A stretch of DNA of 63,960 nt from Octopus bimaculoides (GCF_001194135.2 NC_068982.1:153215669-153279628); one strand, 5' to 3'; shown: positions 25,091 to 39,262, numbered from the stretch's first letter. Notes: generated by a model from the letters alone, not told the origin. A program made the numbers and translations.

Positions 25091-25709
25091 TACACACCAC
25101 CTATACACTTACACACACATGTATATATATNNNNNNNNNNATATGCATACGTATATGGTAAAAGAACGATATTTACATAACTGCATTCTTTAACTTACAT
25201 ACAGCTGTTTCAGGTGAAAATCTTGGTATTCAATAATGAGTGCAGGTCTACATAACTTGGTCAAATCTCAGCTGACCTACTCAGTGACGCCAAGGTATTT
25301 TGCCAAACCTCTATTTTCAATAATAAAATATAGAGATTTCGGAATGCTTTACAAATTATATCTAAATAAAGAATTAGTCATTCTCTCTACTGTGATTAAG
25401 ACAGGAATTATGAAATAGTGTTTTAAATTGTTCACATCATTATTCCTCATTGTGCTCATTTGTACAAAGGTTCAGGTTTTGTTGCTGTTGAAATGTCAAC
25501 ATAAAGCTCACCACTGGTAAACGTTGGATCTGCCACGTTCAGTTAATTTCCATGATTGTGTTTGAATTTTATTAATGGTGATAATAAAACTGTCTGACAA
25601 GTAAAAGAAGCCATTAAACATAACATAGTGAAGCTATCACATTGAGTATTTTCTTAACAATGAAGTAGTTGTCACTAGTAATTTTTGGTATCATGATAGC
25701 GATTCTCAG

Positions 25710-25711
<2 letters not shown>

Positions 25712-25783
<72 letters not shown>
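25712..25783. repeat. (GA)n microsatellite
   Basis: Perfect GA run. Confidence 0.97.
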
Positions 25784-25785
<2 letters not shown>

Positions 25786-26109
25786 CAGACAGACAGACAG
25801 AGAAAGCGAGAGAGAGTGAGAGAGAGCACGCAACAAATCTTTTTTTAGAGAATCTTGTGCAAATTTGATTTTAGATTCAAGATATCCATCTCTGGAGGTA
25901 AAACTTTCAAGAAATGCAAAAGAATCTATTACATCTTATCTGGTCTCTTGTCAAAGCATATTTGCTTTCACGTCCGTTTCTCCTAGAGCATGTGTAAGCA
26001 TCATCTTACAAAAGAAGTAAAGTCACTAGAAAAGGGACCATTATTGTTTTTTAATATTATTTTAGGAGTGAGCCAGAGTGATATAATCATCAGAAAGTAA
26101 TCAATATCG

Positions 26110-26930
26110 AACTATAGTTTACCAGTTACGCAATAGTTGACGAAGAAGTATTGATGAAACTCTTGTGTTGCTTGTTTCTTTCTTTTTCTTTTTGTTTCGG
26201 TTCTTCGGGGGATGGGGATGAATTTTTGAGTTCCTTTCTCTTTCTGCTTTGTACTTCCTGGAACTCTTCATCTATACTTTCCACATTTGTTTCTTCTTTG
26301 GTTTCCTCTGTCCCCTCGTCTCCGTCGCTGTTCTCATCCTGCTCCTCCTCCACTGGTCTGATTGTTTAAAAAGGGGCAGCTCACATTTATGTGCCCCCTC
26401 TTTCTGCAGTAGTAGCAGGTGGGAGGTGTCCCCTCCACTATCACTCGCAGCTTCACTTCTTATGACAGCTCAATTTCCTCTACAATTTTTCCATGTCCTG
26501 TGAGGAGGCCTGGATTACAACTTCCAGGCCAAATCCCCATCAGTTCAGTTACTTTGTCCGAGTCACTTGCAGTATTTTGGGGTCCTCTTTTGTCCCCGTC
26601 AAAATTACTTCAAGCAGCCACATCTTGGCTATCTCAGGGGATACCCTGCCAATCCTTACTCTCGCCACTCGTTTACTGAGGTAGGTTGGCAAGAATGCTC
26701 ATTCATCCGTTCTCAGTGTCGTAGTGGAGTGCTTTATTACCTTCTCCACGGTAGCAAAACGCACATACACTGTACCGAATCTTCTTCCTCTACAAAAAAT
26801 TTGGATATCATTCTTGATTTCTCTTAGGCACTCCTCTCTGACTTATTTACTTGCCATCTCTGTTTTCTTGCTCTTGACTGACAACGTTCTGTAAACCACC
26901 ATTTTCTTATTTTTCATTTTTGTAACATCT
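26110..26930 (-). mobile_element. L1/Tx1-like ORF1 remnant with CCHC zinc knuckle
   Basis: Minus strand: ..GRRFGTVYVRFAT..LPTYLSKRVARVRIG.. and RVIVEGTPPTCYYCRKRGHINVSCP (C-x2-C-x4-H-x4-C), then an acidic/basic tail. Several stops. Confidence 0.7.
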
Positions 26931-26989
26931 TCAGGTAGAGCCAGCATTAGCCTTGACCCCTCTCTCTAAATTAAATCCTTGCCCTTCTT

Positions 26990-27190
26990 CAAAATTTCCA
27001 AATCCACCTGTACTTGTTGTCGACAGTTATACCTAAGTCTTTGATGTTATCCGACAGTTCATGTAGGTCTCTCGACGGTAGTATATATGATTGTTTGAGT
27101 GTTCCCACTTTTTCAAAGTGAATGAGCTCAAATTTTTCTTTGTTCAACTGCATATTGTTTTTTGTGCCCTCTGTGTTACTACGCATGGGT
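26990..27190 (-). mobile_element. CR1-like RT fragment (same family as 44393-45610)
   Basis: NNMQLNKEKFELIHF..LKQSYILPS..SDNIKDLGITVDN aligns by eye with TQLNEGAFDLMHF..LKQLYCLPS..SNNIRDLGVIVDN. Confidence 0.8.
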
Positions 27191-27640
27191 CTGATTGAAG
27201 GATCGTTATATATATCTATATATGTATATATAATTATTTGCACTTTGTATATATGTCTAGTAGTATATCGATTAGAAAACTGTTACCATTTAGGCTACCT
27301 GATGTCATCCACAGTTACGATATAATCGTCACTGGATCTTCGTCAGGAATTCCACTGTGTACGTTGAGCTTATAATGAATGAGGGAAACGGAAAATGGAC
27401 TTGGCAAGAATCTTTATTCAGCACAACGATCGTTTCGACCCATCCCGCATCTGTCCCTTAAGGTGAAATATAGTACATCTAGTTGTGTTGCATTCATCAA
27501 TACAGACTGTGTCTCGTCAGATGCCGGGGGTAAATAAGTTTCGTTAATGCATATACTGAGTTTCGTTTGGCATGATGTTGCCCAGAGTGTGTTGGCTACA
27601 TTGATATAAGATCGAATAATTTCGGCGTTATAACTATTAG

Positions 27641-27692
27641 ATGGGTCTGGCTGGGTCTGGCTGGGTCTGACTGGGTCTGGCTGGATCTGGCT
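27641..27692. repeat. 10-bp minisatellite (CTGGGTCTGG) x5
   Basis: atgggtctgg ctgggtctgg ctgggtctga ctgggtctgg ctggatctgg. Confidence 0.9.
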
Positions 27693-29019
27693 ATAGTTTA
27701 CAGTGGATACATAACATAAATTGTTGTCATAAATGATGGAGAATAAAACCTGACAAGGGATACGAAATGAAGATAAAAGGAATAAAGATAGTGAATAAAA
27801 CGTGACAGAGTATACGAATTGGAAGATAAAATGAAGAAAGAAAAGTATCCACTTGCTGACATGAACACATATAGACGTAGACGTACACACGCACACACAC
27901 ACATACACACACACTCGCGCCGTCAGAGAAATGTGTGTGTCATAAACAACCAAGATGATCGTATTAAAGGCAGACAGATTAATGGTATCTAGCTCCCCGC
28001 AGCGGATGCATTCTACAGTCGCTTACGGATGACTGAGCCAGCTTATTCAGCGGTGATTTGGTAGACACGCGAACACATACACAAGTATTTGTATATATAC
28101 ATACACGCACACTCATACATATATCTAACGGTGGTTTGGCGAATACAAACGCATACATACAAGCGTTTACACACATACATTTACAAACATCTATATTCCA
28201 GGTGTATAATCGCACCTCATGATGTGTATCAAAATATTTACTCACCCTCTCACACACCTATATAAACATGTTTATACGTGCATCTACATGGCTATATTTT
28301 TGTATTTACATACGTCTGTACATCTCAATGGCACATATGTGTCTAGTGGCAGTCGGATACACAGACTCATTCTCATCGTTACATATATAATCAGACAGTA
28401 ATCACAAAACATATTGTATAAGATGGAATTACATAGTACGTACTTCTTGGATGAACAGTCTACACTTGTACATATAACATCCGACAATAATCACGGTACA
28501 TATTGCATTAGATGTAATTATATAGATACTACTTCGATAAACAGTTCAGGACTGTATGATTTATACTGTTTTTTTTATGCGTACATTAGTATTTTTTCGT
28601 CGCACCAAAATCAATTTTCGAGGACAAATACTCGTATATGCAGGGCAGTATATATATATATATATNNNNNNNNNNNNNNNNNNNNNNNNNNNNNNNNNNN
28701 NNNNNNNNNNNNNNNNNNNNNNNNNNNNNNNNNNNNNNNNNNNNNNNNNNNNNNNNNNNNNNNNNNNNNNNNNNNNNNNNNNNNNNNNNNNNNNNNNNNN
28801 NNNNNNNNNNNNNNNNNNNNNNNNNNNNNNNNNNNNNNNNNNNNNNNNNNNNNNNNNNNNNNNNNNNNNNNNNNNNNNNNNNNNNNNNTATATATATATA
28901 TATATATCAATGTATATGTGTTTATGTTAAAATAAGGTTTCCTTTTTAAACAAGTTTAAGAATAAAAGCTGAGCATTTATCGCGAGTCAATTTAATATTG
29001 TGAAGAATCAGATTTACTA

Positions 29020-29620
29020 TGAAGGTCGATTTGACTGGAACTTCAAGTAGCCCGGTTGTTCAACTATATACAAAGTTTATTCCACAAGTTTTCAGACTCT
29101 TTCAGGAGAGGCATTCTCTCGTTCAGCTTGAGGAACAAAAACAGTCACAACGTCTGGATTGTACGAAGGGTGAGGGAAAGCTTTGTTACCCATTACTGTA
29201 AAATAGTTGGATTGGAGGATGGAACTGTGGACTAGTACATTGCTCTAATACAGGTGCTCTCTGCCTTTTACAACAAGATCTCTTCCTGAACTCTCACAAA
29301 AGCTACACAAGGTAATCTTTGTTGATCGCCTGGCTAGAGGGAACCCAGTAGAGTTAGATGATAGTCTTGATGTCGAAAATAGGAAATGTCACAAACTTCC
29401 GAGTGAACTAGTTCTGCCTGGCTGCTTGTTCCAGTGAAAAACAGATGTTCATCTCATACAAGTTAAACTATAAACATTCTGGAGCACTTCATATGTTTCT
29501 GTACTGCTTTTGTCCAGTTTATTGCATAGTAACCTTCAAAATTTTATTCACGTCTCCACTACTTTCTGCAATTTATTCAGTTGACAAGCAGTGTTTAGTA
29601 GGGTTTGTTCAAAGTACTGT
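29020..29620 (-). mobile_element. Degenerate mariner transposase remnant
   Basis: Minus-strand pieces: KLDKSSTETYEVLQNVY, FPIFDIKTII..VPSSQAINKDY, FPHPSYNPD (compare HPPYSPD). Confidence 0.7.
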
Positions 29621-29839
29621 CAAAAGCACCTTCTTCAATCAAGTATAATAAATGTTAGCACCCTAGCTTATTAGTTTTATAGTAAAGATATACTAAAATT
29701 ACTAGGACAGTTATAATTGCCTCTCTTAAAAATGTTCAAGACTTCTGGAATGCACCGCGTAAACACACACACACACACACTTACACACACACACACACTT
29801 ACACACACACAGACATGTATGTCTACATGTTTATGTATT

Positions 29840-30087
29840 TACTCTTTTATTCTTTTACTTGTTTCAGTCATTTGACTGCAGTCATGCCTGAGCACCAACT
29901 TAAAGGGATTTAGTCGAAGAAATCGACTCCACGACTTATTCTTTTTAATCCTGGTACTAATTCTATCGGTCTCTTTTGCAGAACCGCTAGTTTACAGCAG
30001 CATAAGCACACCAATCGGCCTTCAAGGGATGGTGCGGGAACGAGCACAGACATAAAGACACACACACAAATATATATATATATATAT
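29840..30087 (-). mobile_element. 3' half of the SINE (family of 24168), split copy
   Basis: tactcttttattcttttacttgtttcagtcatttgactgc...ctatcggtctcttttgc..., ending in (CA)(TA)n. Confidence 0.85.
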
Positions 30088-32430
30088 CCACATACCATAA
30101 AAGGAATCGTTTCATCCCCGAAATTACACGTTTTCTCGTATAAAACAGGAAATATGTATCCTATTACCATCGAGGTATACAATAAATTCGTAGAGAAGGA
30201 ATTCTACAAATCTTACAAGCTGACCCCCTTGACGACATCAACACTAATCATCGCAAACTTATTAAGAAATTACACGTGGATCACCGCACAGAATCATACT
30301 GCCCAACACCTCCACGCGTCAACCTCAAAGATCATAAGAAGGAATTAATAACTAAACCATCGATACGCCGCACTAAATCCGACCAGGGAAGAATAAACAA
30401 AAATATTTTGGACAAAATAATACCAATCGTCAAGGAGAGATTAAACGTCAACGTATGGTCATGTACAGCTGAAATTATAACATGGTTATAACATCACTTA
30501 AACAACAAAAACACTTATTCTTTCCTACAATTCGATATAAATAATTACTGCTTTTCTATTTCTCCCGATCTTCTTAATCAAGCTCTCCTTCTTGCTAGGA
30601 ATCTAACGATATTTACTCCACTAGGAATTAAATTAATCCTTAATGCACGTAAAACCCTTATTTCTATCGAGGTCAAATTCTGGTGCTGGGCCAAGCACCA
30701 TAACAATACCACTTACCATAGAATTTATTTGACATTACTATGGGATCATCCGACTCCGCCAAGGTCACCGACCTCGTTGGACTATACATACTCCACCAGC
30801 TCCAAATACATTTCCCTAACCTCAAGGGAGGCCCCTACAGAGATGACGCCTTGCTAATTACCAAGAGCGTAAATAGATCCTCTTTAGAACGAGCTAGAAA
30901 AGATCTACACAATTTTTTTTTCTAGCCTAAACCTGTCTACTAATTTTGAAAATTACCACAAAACTACTATACGTAACTTTAAACTAGAAACGTCCCAATA
31001 CTCCCTTCATCACAAACATAACCAGTACCCTAAATACTTAAACATTCATTCCAATCACCACAAATCCACCTTTGATAACATAGTCAAGGGTGTCTATCTT
31101 CCACTGAGAAAATATTCAATAACCACACCCCATGTACAAGCAATCGCTCGCTGCCAGCGGCCTCTCCCAACAAATAACATACATTCCTAATACTAGGCTG
31201 AAGCAACATATATCTCAAATCACATCGCAACGAGACACCAACCATCAGAATCACAACAGACCACACATACACTATTCTAGAACCCCGAGAATACCCAGAC
31301 ACCATACGCACAGATATATCACTTGGTCAAAAGCTAAAACAGCTAACAACTACGGGCCATGTTACCCCTCCATTTTCCAAAAGTATAGATAGCACTATCC
31401 CTAAGCCCCGCCACAAAAAGTGGTGGACGCTCTATTCTATGGTATACACCCACTTCTCACTAAAGATTAAGAGCTTAGCTAAATATTTCAACTTTCCTCG
31501 TCAACATAAATATTACTCCATCTTTAATAGCTATCCTATTCCACCCCACCCAACTTCGAGTCTATCATAGCAGCCTCTAACAAGTATAAGTTTTCTCTCT
31601 TCTCTCAAAACTTACACTATAACAACTCTGAATATACGAGAGCCCAACATATATACAGCTCCAGCATTGAACCCCGTACGTTAGACCACAACCATAACCC
31701 AACCTATCCTATTAACACTATCCGGAATACTACCACAACTTCCACCACCGTTACAGAATAATTAATAACAAGATAGCAATAAAAACGATAATAGTGATAA
31801 TAATACTAATAACTTAGACATGTCTACCCACAGCTCTAACCTCTCCTCCATTCCTGAAAATAATCCCCCAAATACACCCACTTGTAACTGCCGTACTCTA
31901 CCCTCTACAAACCCATTGTAGAAGATCTAATGTAATTTATAAACGCACCGTCCTCAACACATTACACAATTCTACAGCTATATATGTAGAGTCAACCATA
32001 AATTTTAAACAGCGATATGCCGCTCATCTCAATGTTTTTAGATACGAGAAACACAGTAAATCCACAACACTCGCCAGTCACATACATCATCTCAAAAATA
32101 GAAACATTCATGGCTTCCATTCCAAGGTCAACGCTTAGCCTGTAAGTTATGCCTAAAAGAGGCAGTCCACATCTTAAAACATAACTCCTCGTCACTACTA
32201 AATAAATATAAAGGGGCTCTAAGTACATGCAACCACCACTTTTTTTCATACCTTTAAATTTTACTACAAATCTAAATGCAACCTAAATAACCACACAGTA
32301 TATATCCACAACACTCCGTAAGTAATCCTCAAGAACCCTACTTAACTTTCTTTTATCTCCATCTTAATTTTTATATCTTTAATTTTTAACACCCCTATCT
32401 TATTTGAAGGATCTCAATCATTTAATGCTA
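30088..32430 (+). mobile_element. Penelope-like element (YRDD RT plus C-terminal GIY-YIG; Naiad-like), 5'-truncated and frameshifted
   Basis: NLKDHK..KSDQGRINKNILDKI, FLQFDI, FDITMGSSDSAKVTDLVGLYIL, GPYRDDAL, SNHH, an N/T-rich linker, then CNCR..NVIY..YV..NFKQRYAAHLNVFR..TTLASHI..CKLCLKE..LLN..CNH. Confidence 0.88.
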
Positions 32431-32459
32431 CATATATGGATATATAAGCGGATACATGT

Positions 32460-32622
32460 GTGTGCAAATGTGTATGTATGTATATATATTCTTTCAGTTT
32501 CCATCTACCAAATCCACTCACAAGGCTTTGGTCAGCCCGAGTCTATAGCAGAAGACAGTTGCCTAGGGTGCCACGCAGTGGGAATGAATCCAAAACCATG
32601 TGGTTGGGAAGCAAGCCTCTTA
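32460..32622 (-). mobile_element. 5' half of the SINE split by the PLE
   Basis: ttctttcagtttccatctaccaaatccactcacaaggctttggtc...gtgccacgcagtggga..ccatgtggttgggaagcaagc is the reverse complement of 24185-24325. Confidence 0.9.
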
Positions 32623-33669
32623 AGATCTATATAAATATATCTATGCACATTTGATTACTTGTTTATGTCGAAATTTGGTCCCGACCAAGTGTAAGTTTAT
32701 GACGAATTTATCTGTTTGTATTCATGGTTTCGTAAATCTCTTTTGATATTCAAAACCTAAAACGCAGAATTTGTATCTTAACCCCTACCCCCAGTCTCAC
32801 ACTTATTATTCCCAACACGCCTCTGTATTATCTCTATTCTCCCTCCGCTTCCTTATTTCTTCTCGGACCTTCATTATTTCCTCCTTTTTCTTATCTGTCC
32901 CTCTTTCTCTTTCTTTCTTTTTTTCTCTTTTTGTCTCTCTCATTCTATATTTTTCTTTCACCTCAACGTACTTATACAAAACTTTACCCTCTGCCCATCT
33001 ACGAGCATATCTTCTATGTTTACATAATGTAATAAAGTGTTCATCATAAGAGCCGTTGTAGATCTGCATCCAAATACGCTATATAAAACGCTGCAGAGGG
33101 TAAAAATAGCCATATTGGTGAAACATGTGTAAAGAACAAAGTGAGAAACTTCATTTTGTGCTTATCATATTTGTCTAATATTTGTTCTGTATATCTTAAC
33201 TTTAGTTGAAATAGGCTGGATGATGATACTGCACATAGATCTGTAAATTCTCCGTTAATAGTCCTGCATATAATTGTAAACTCAACAACAAATATACATG
33301 TGTGTGTATATATATATGTGAGCAAGTGTGTATCTGTAAATGCACACACACTCTCTTTCCCTTTCTTTCTCTCTCTCTCTCACATACACCCCCCCCACAC
33401 ACACACACACATTCACACACAGTTAACGACAATATGATGTAATGTATCAGTATTATATCACTTGGTGTTATTTCATGGATTTAAAATTGTATCGTGGATT
33501 CTGAAAACCTCTCCGCAACAGTAGTAGAGCGATGGAGCTAACAAAATCCCTTGCAGATTATATTTCACTTCCCTTTCGTTTCACAAATAATGAAGTTCGG
33601 TCATGTAATGGACAACTATTTTGCCTTCCCTCTTAAGAAAGTCCCAAGTAAGTTGAGAACCCATTGAAT

Positions 33670-33860
33670 GAAAGGGACTATGAAAAAGGAGAAATTAAGA
33701 CGAAAGAAAAGAATTTAATTGAGACTTCAGGGAGTTCAGGCCATAAAGTGGAAAATAATGAAATGGAAGAGAGTTCCAGAATCTGGCAGTGCGAGGTAAA
33801 AAGCTACGAATGTAGGATTCCTTATTCGGGAAAACAGGATAAATTTATTCTCACAATTTT
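33670..33860 (-). mobile_element. L2/Crack-like LINE 3' fragment
   Basis: Minus strand: SFLPRTARFWNSLPFHYFPLYGLNSLKSQLNSFLSS*. Confidence 0.7.
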
Positions 33861-35113
33861 TCCTAGAGGAGAATATTATGTAGGATACTAAACCCCAAAT
33901 ATTCAAAAGCCAAAAATGTTCAGTGAGGCCATTTACTGAATATGTTCACATTAAAAATAAACTAAATTGATATCGTATAAATTTAAACAATGCTCAAATT
34001 AAAAACCACTTTGATTTTTGTTACTGTGTCTGTTATTGCATTCATATTGAACTAATTTATTGAGACCAGTTAGAATATTTTTCAAAGTTAAGTATCACAC
34101 TCGGAAGAACATTTACAATTCAAAGAGAATTTTACCCTTTTTCTGATCATTCGAGTCAGTGAACTGGAAGAGACATAGTGTTTGTATGGAAACCCGATTG
34201 TAATCAACGGGTTAAAGGAGAAACAAGCATACACGAACTGTATTAGAATTGCAAAATCATATAAGTGTTGCTTAGTTAGACGGCCATAAGTTTGGTATGA
34301 TTATAAAGTAATCTAGACGTTTAATTGTTTCCGTCTGAAGTTGTAGTCGTTAAAATCGAACTAGTATACTAAGTTCAAGTTGTTGAGAGGATGTACTCGT
34401 TCTGCATTTTAATATTTTTCATATAATGAAATTGAAAATACTGATGTGGTAAGTGTGCGTTATAATTACAAAATAACTATAAAGTGTTTTATGACTTTAA
34501 ATGCTACCATGTAAGATGATGTTTATTAACACATATGTAAATTATCATTTGATACATAAATAAAGTGGGGTATTAAATAGTTGAGTATTCTAAAGCAGCT
34601 AATTTTAGAAATTACATTTTTTGCTATGTCTCAGTGGTAGAATTAGCATAGGAAAACAAAATCATACACTATGAAACTTTTGATAAATTTACACCTTGTT
34701 AGTCAACACTTTGGTTTCAGAAGAACATAGAAAACATTCTTAATTACGAAATACATGCAAAAATGGTAATAGTCTTATTATGTCATCCTTGTTGTTCCAT
34801 CTGAAAACAGGCTATCTTTTTAATTGTGCATTTAAACAAAATTTTAATAATTAAGATATATACCAGTTTTCTCTCTATAGTGCGAGTTCACTCATGCGTT
34901 CTCTTGAGAATATAAAAGTCTATAAAATAACATTTCATGTAGAATTTATCCCAGATGAGAATCATTTATGAATTCAAATCTTTCCGGGGTGCTATAAAAT
35001 CATAATTCTAAATCATGTAACAATGTTTATACATGGAAAAATATTATTCTTGCAGAATTGATGATTTTTTAGGTTATTCGTCTAAAATATTTCGCTTCTT
35101 TGATATTGTTAGT

Positions 35114-35340
35114 GGAGGCGCGTGGCTTAATGGTTAGTGTGTTGTCTCATGATCATAAGATTGTTGTTTCGATTCCTGTTGTGTTCATGAGCAAAACACA
35201 TCATTTGACGTTGTTACAGTCCACTCAGTAGGAAAAATTTAGTAATACTCCTGCAACGGACCTGCGTTGTGTCAAGGTGGGGCATATATACGCCATGAGA
35301 ACCGGGAAACCAGTCACATGAGTCTATATGACATGGGAAG
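35114..35340 (+). mobile_element. tRNA-derived SINE (second family)
   Basis: A-box TGGCTTAATGG (35123) and B-box GTTTCGATTCC (35166), followed by a non-tRNA core gtgttcatgagcaaaacac..cagtccactcag. Confidence 0.75.
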
Positions 35341-35933
35341 GATTTTCATCCTACATTTTTAATATCGTTGTCGGAAATATGTTTAAGCTTAACACGTGGA
35401 TGTTACACCCTGCACGAATCTTAGAATTATCGGAAAATGAAAGAAAATATATATTTAATATATATTAGAATAGACCCAATACGCCATCATCTGAGTAAAT
35501 GTTTGTGGAGACTGAATCATTTCCTCGAACAAGCTCAATAAAATGGTTTTGAAATGTAGCAGAAAGTAAATTCACAGGGAATGAAATGTAGTACAACTAG
35601 AATATACCAAAAATATCCTAAGAGTTGGACCAGTTATATATTTGCCGTTATAGCAAGCATAAATAAAAGACACTATTTATATCCTGCTTTAAAAGTACCA
35701 ATTTTAAGGAACATCTCCTACCAAACACCGTGTCCTCAACAGGAAAGTAAACACTGGTCAATACCACATCTTGTTGAGAATTTTCTGACACTGTGTCCAT
35801 TCTCTAACATGAACATGAATAAAAGAAAATATTTTCAGTCTCTTAAGCGTAACAATATTTAATATCTCTCATGGTTTCCCGCTGACTCTTTGAAGTAGGC
35901 AACGTAACATTTGCGGGTAGGAGAATTGAAAAA

Positions 35934-35934
<1 letters not shown>

Positions 35935-35995
<61 letters not shown>
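35935..35995. repeat. (TG)n microsatellite
   Basis: Perfect TG run. Confidence 0.97.
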
Positions 35996-35998
<3 letters not shown>

Positions 35999-36899
35999 TA
36001 TGTATGTGTAATTATGTACAATAATATATTGATATTGAACAGCTGTCCAGTGGGAAAATGACACAATTGTGATAATTATATTATGAAAAGAACGGTACTC
36101 GATGAAACAATAAATGTCTAATAGCTAACGTGTCTACAGCATATTTGTTGACTATTTTCTGGGTGAATTAATTTAGGAGCTTATACTAAGAAAACACCTA
36201 CTATTGATAAATAATTAAGATACTTATGCTTTGTTATTGAAGATGATAATAAATATTTATGACTTATACATTTATTGCCTGAGTGATTGAATTTGGGGTT
36301 GCTGATGGATTGCATGGTTGAACGTGTTATTATGTTTATAATTGTGTAATTTAAGAAACAGACACATACAAATGATCATACTTAGAATCTACGAACGGAA
36401 CGTATCCGAATGACACGTAATTATAGCAAGTACTCTAGCTTTATCAATCACTAACTTGTACCACACACTATAAAATATAGGTTGAAAAGTTTCTCCAAAT
36501 GAATAATCGAACCACTGTATATTTTGAAAAGCAATATCAAGACTGTATTGAAAATAATCTTCGGATTTAGATTCTCTGTATCTTCTACCATTCAGTATTT
36601 GTTTCAGTGAGCATTATGAACTCCGATAATAAACTCTGTTATATTCAACATTGCTTACGTTCGGTCGGGAATAATAAAGTACCAGCCGAATAGTTTTGCC
36701 GTTTAAACTTTTCTGTCATCCTTTAGGAGTCGCCCACGATGAGGAGAGCAATGAAGTATGTTTCAAATGGCGGCTCTACAAATTTTTCCACGTCATGCTG
36801 TGAAGTCTCTCATAACAATCGATAACAAGAAACAGATAAATGTTGATGTGCATTAGAACAAAAGTACAAACGTTTACAAAATCGTTTCAAACAGGACAA

Positions 36900-37560
36900 C
36901 AGTGCAGGTTACAATCTACCTTCAAATTCCATAATAAGCACCTACAAATACACTCTTAAACATCATACTGAGAACAAAACACGAACCCTAAAACTCTCAT
37001 ATTCTTCTGCAATCGCCACAAACATAGCATCTGTAGCCACTAGGCCACTACACTAATCAGCTCTATTAAATTCACTTCTAAAGAGAGTGAGTAAATAAAA
37101 TCCGAAACAAACTTGTCACCATGACTAATAACAATTCTTATGTTGTGGCTTAATATTGACTCAGTCATCAAATACCCAAAGCCCATCCAACAATAGGAAA
37201 AATACCCTCTTACGTAGTTCGATATCAGCAATATTATTTCTAAATTACCAAGAAGCCAGCTACATGCAAGTTCTTTCGTCAATCACACACAAATCTTCCT
37301 CCGAGTTTTAATTTTCCTCTTAACAAGAAACTTTATATTATATTTTCTTCTCATTGATATATAAAAAAGCATCAAAACCTACTCCAAAATATTTCAATTT
37401 CGCTTATGTTCTCGCTCAACAAATCTAGCTTTATCAAAAGCAGACACATATATAATACATAAAACATGAGTCTTTTAAAGACAAGTTACACGACATAGGC
37501 TTACAGTTTGATACTTTTAGAGCAAGCCAGGTAATTGCGTGATTTGAAAATTGTATAGAT
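36900..37560 (+). mobile_element. Very degenerate PLE remnant (Naiad-like)
   Basis: Scattered motifs TLKLSYSS..NIASV, KRVSK, WLNIDSVIK and FDISN resemble the 30088 element family. Confidence 0.4.
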
Positions 37561-38329
37561 ACCATCTTTAGTTTGGAAATATATATAAATCACTTATAAT
37601 TGCCGTACTACAACTGCCACAGAATTAATATTTTCCAAAACAAAACAGCATTCTAAAATATCTCTTATCAAACCCCAAAACATACTTAATCAAATTTGAA
37701 CTACAGCCCAGATAGAGCAGAAGAAACTCGAATTCTTCCGTTCCTATCCCCTCATGAGGCCACACTTCAACATAGTGGCCGCCATTCTGGGAATCGATTG
37801 CAGGAAGGATGATAAAGGTGGAGATAATGAATCATAAAATAGAAGTAACCCTGGCTAGCAAACTCTCAAAAGAACAAAGCCGAAGCCACGCCTGCTAAAG
37901 TAGGGAACCCGATGATACTAGCCCTGCCCTCACCACTCTAGACAGCCAGAGAGATGAGAGGGTTGGAAAAGAAAAAACCTCAAAGCAAAAACAAATCAAA
38001 GAAACAACAAATCCTACTACAAACAACCAAGAGCAAAAAGAAAGAGGAAAATTAAAGGGAGAAAATCAAAAACTAAAAATAGAGCTTCGGAGATAAACAA
38101 TGACGAAAAACAACATTAGCTGCACAAATGTGAAGCTACCAGTGGAATCACCAAAATAAAAGAAACATATAACTTTGGGGCAAAAATAAACCTCAGACAA
38201 TGTGGACAAAAGAAGTAGGAGATACGGGGCAAATGATATACTAGATCTCTGTTTTACAGTCAATATGGATAGCAAACATAATTTAAAAGTGACACCGACA
38301 CGAGTCTTGGATCCTAAAAGTAGTGAAAA

Positions 38330-38990
38330 ATTCCACCTTTAAACAACACCGATTGAGGTTGAGAAAAGAGAGAGAAGAGGAAGAAGACCAGGTTACATAA
38401 AATATTAAGTCAAATCATCAAGCTTTCTTTAATTTTGCCAAAGAAACGGACTCAGTACACTACGAGATAGAGCCCCTCTTCCAAAAAGATGGTGCTCTCA
38501 TAGGAATCCCAAGAAAAATAAGAAAAATTCTAAACAACCAGTTCAAATGCGTTTTCACTACCCGTTAGAATTCATGCAAGCGGAAAAACCAGTGCAGGTC
38601 TGTGCACCTATCCCTGAAACCACTGTGACCAGAGAGGTAATATTTTATTACATCGGCATCAAAGAAAAAATGTAATACTGGTTGTAGATGAGGCAGGTGC
38701 AAACTCAGTTGCTGGCCCTTATGCATTCTCAGATCAAACAAGCGAAACCACTGAAATCAAACGAGCGAAACTGCTGCAGCTTCTATTTTAGACCTTCCTT
38801 GCAACTTCAAGTTGAAGGAGGGAATATGCCTTATCCATAAAGGAGGAAGCAGAGCAAATGCTAAAATCTCTAGGGCTAGCTCTCTGACCTCACACAGCAT
38901 CGAGGTCATGGAACAAATTGTGAGACCGAACTTAGTTGCGCTCCCTGATGAAAATGACCTGCTGGCTGACATCTAGCCTCAAAGACCTAC
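38330..38990 (+). mobile_element. Degenerate CR1-like LINE ORF2 fragment
   Basis: NIKSNHQAFFNFAKE..LFQKDG..ILNNQFKCVF and IHKGGSRANAK..SLTSHSIEVMEQIVR..ENDLL. Confidence 0.75.
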
Positions 38991-39262
38991 GTGGGGTGGA
39001 TATAGGTACTTCAAAACGAAACTGAATATCCTCCTGTAAAGAGTTCTGGATGAATCTATCTGGCAGTAGCAAATGCAGATAAGGGCAACAACATTAAATT
39101 CCTCCAGTCACCAAATGCCACATAACAGACGAGATTTCAGGTGAGAAAGAAAAGTGTAGCAAAGCTAAGGGCAGTGCCCCCGAGTAGCGAATGTGATGAC
39201 AGTGCTCCCTCGCTGATACTAGTAGAGGAATAAACTATAAACAAAATATGTATATATGTGTA

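Noticed and set aside
27414-27953. 179-aa minus-strand ORF
   Set aside because: Built largely from (GT)n, T-rich sequence and the 10-mer minisatellite, with no recognisable domain.
35114-35190. tRNA gene (also the SINE heads at 24168 and 63485)
   Set aside because: A and B boxes are present but there is no complete cloverleaf, and each continues into SINE body sequence.
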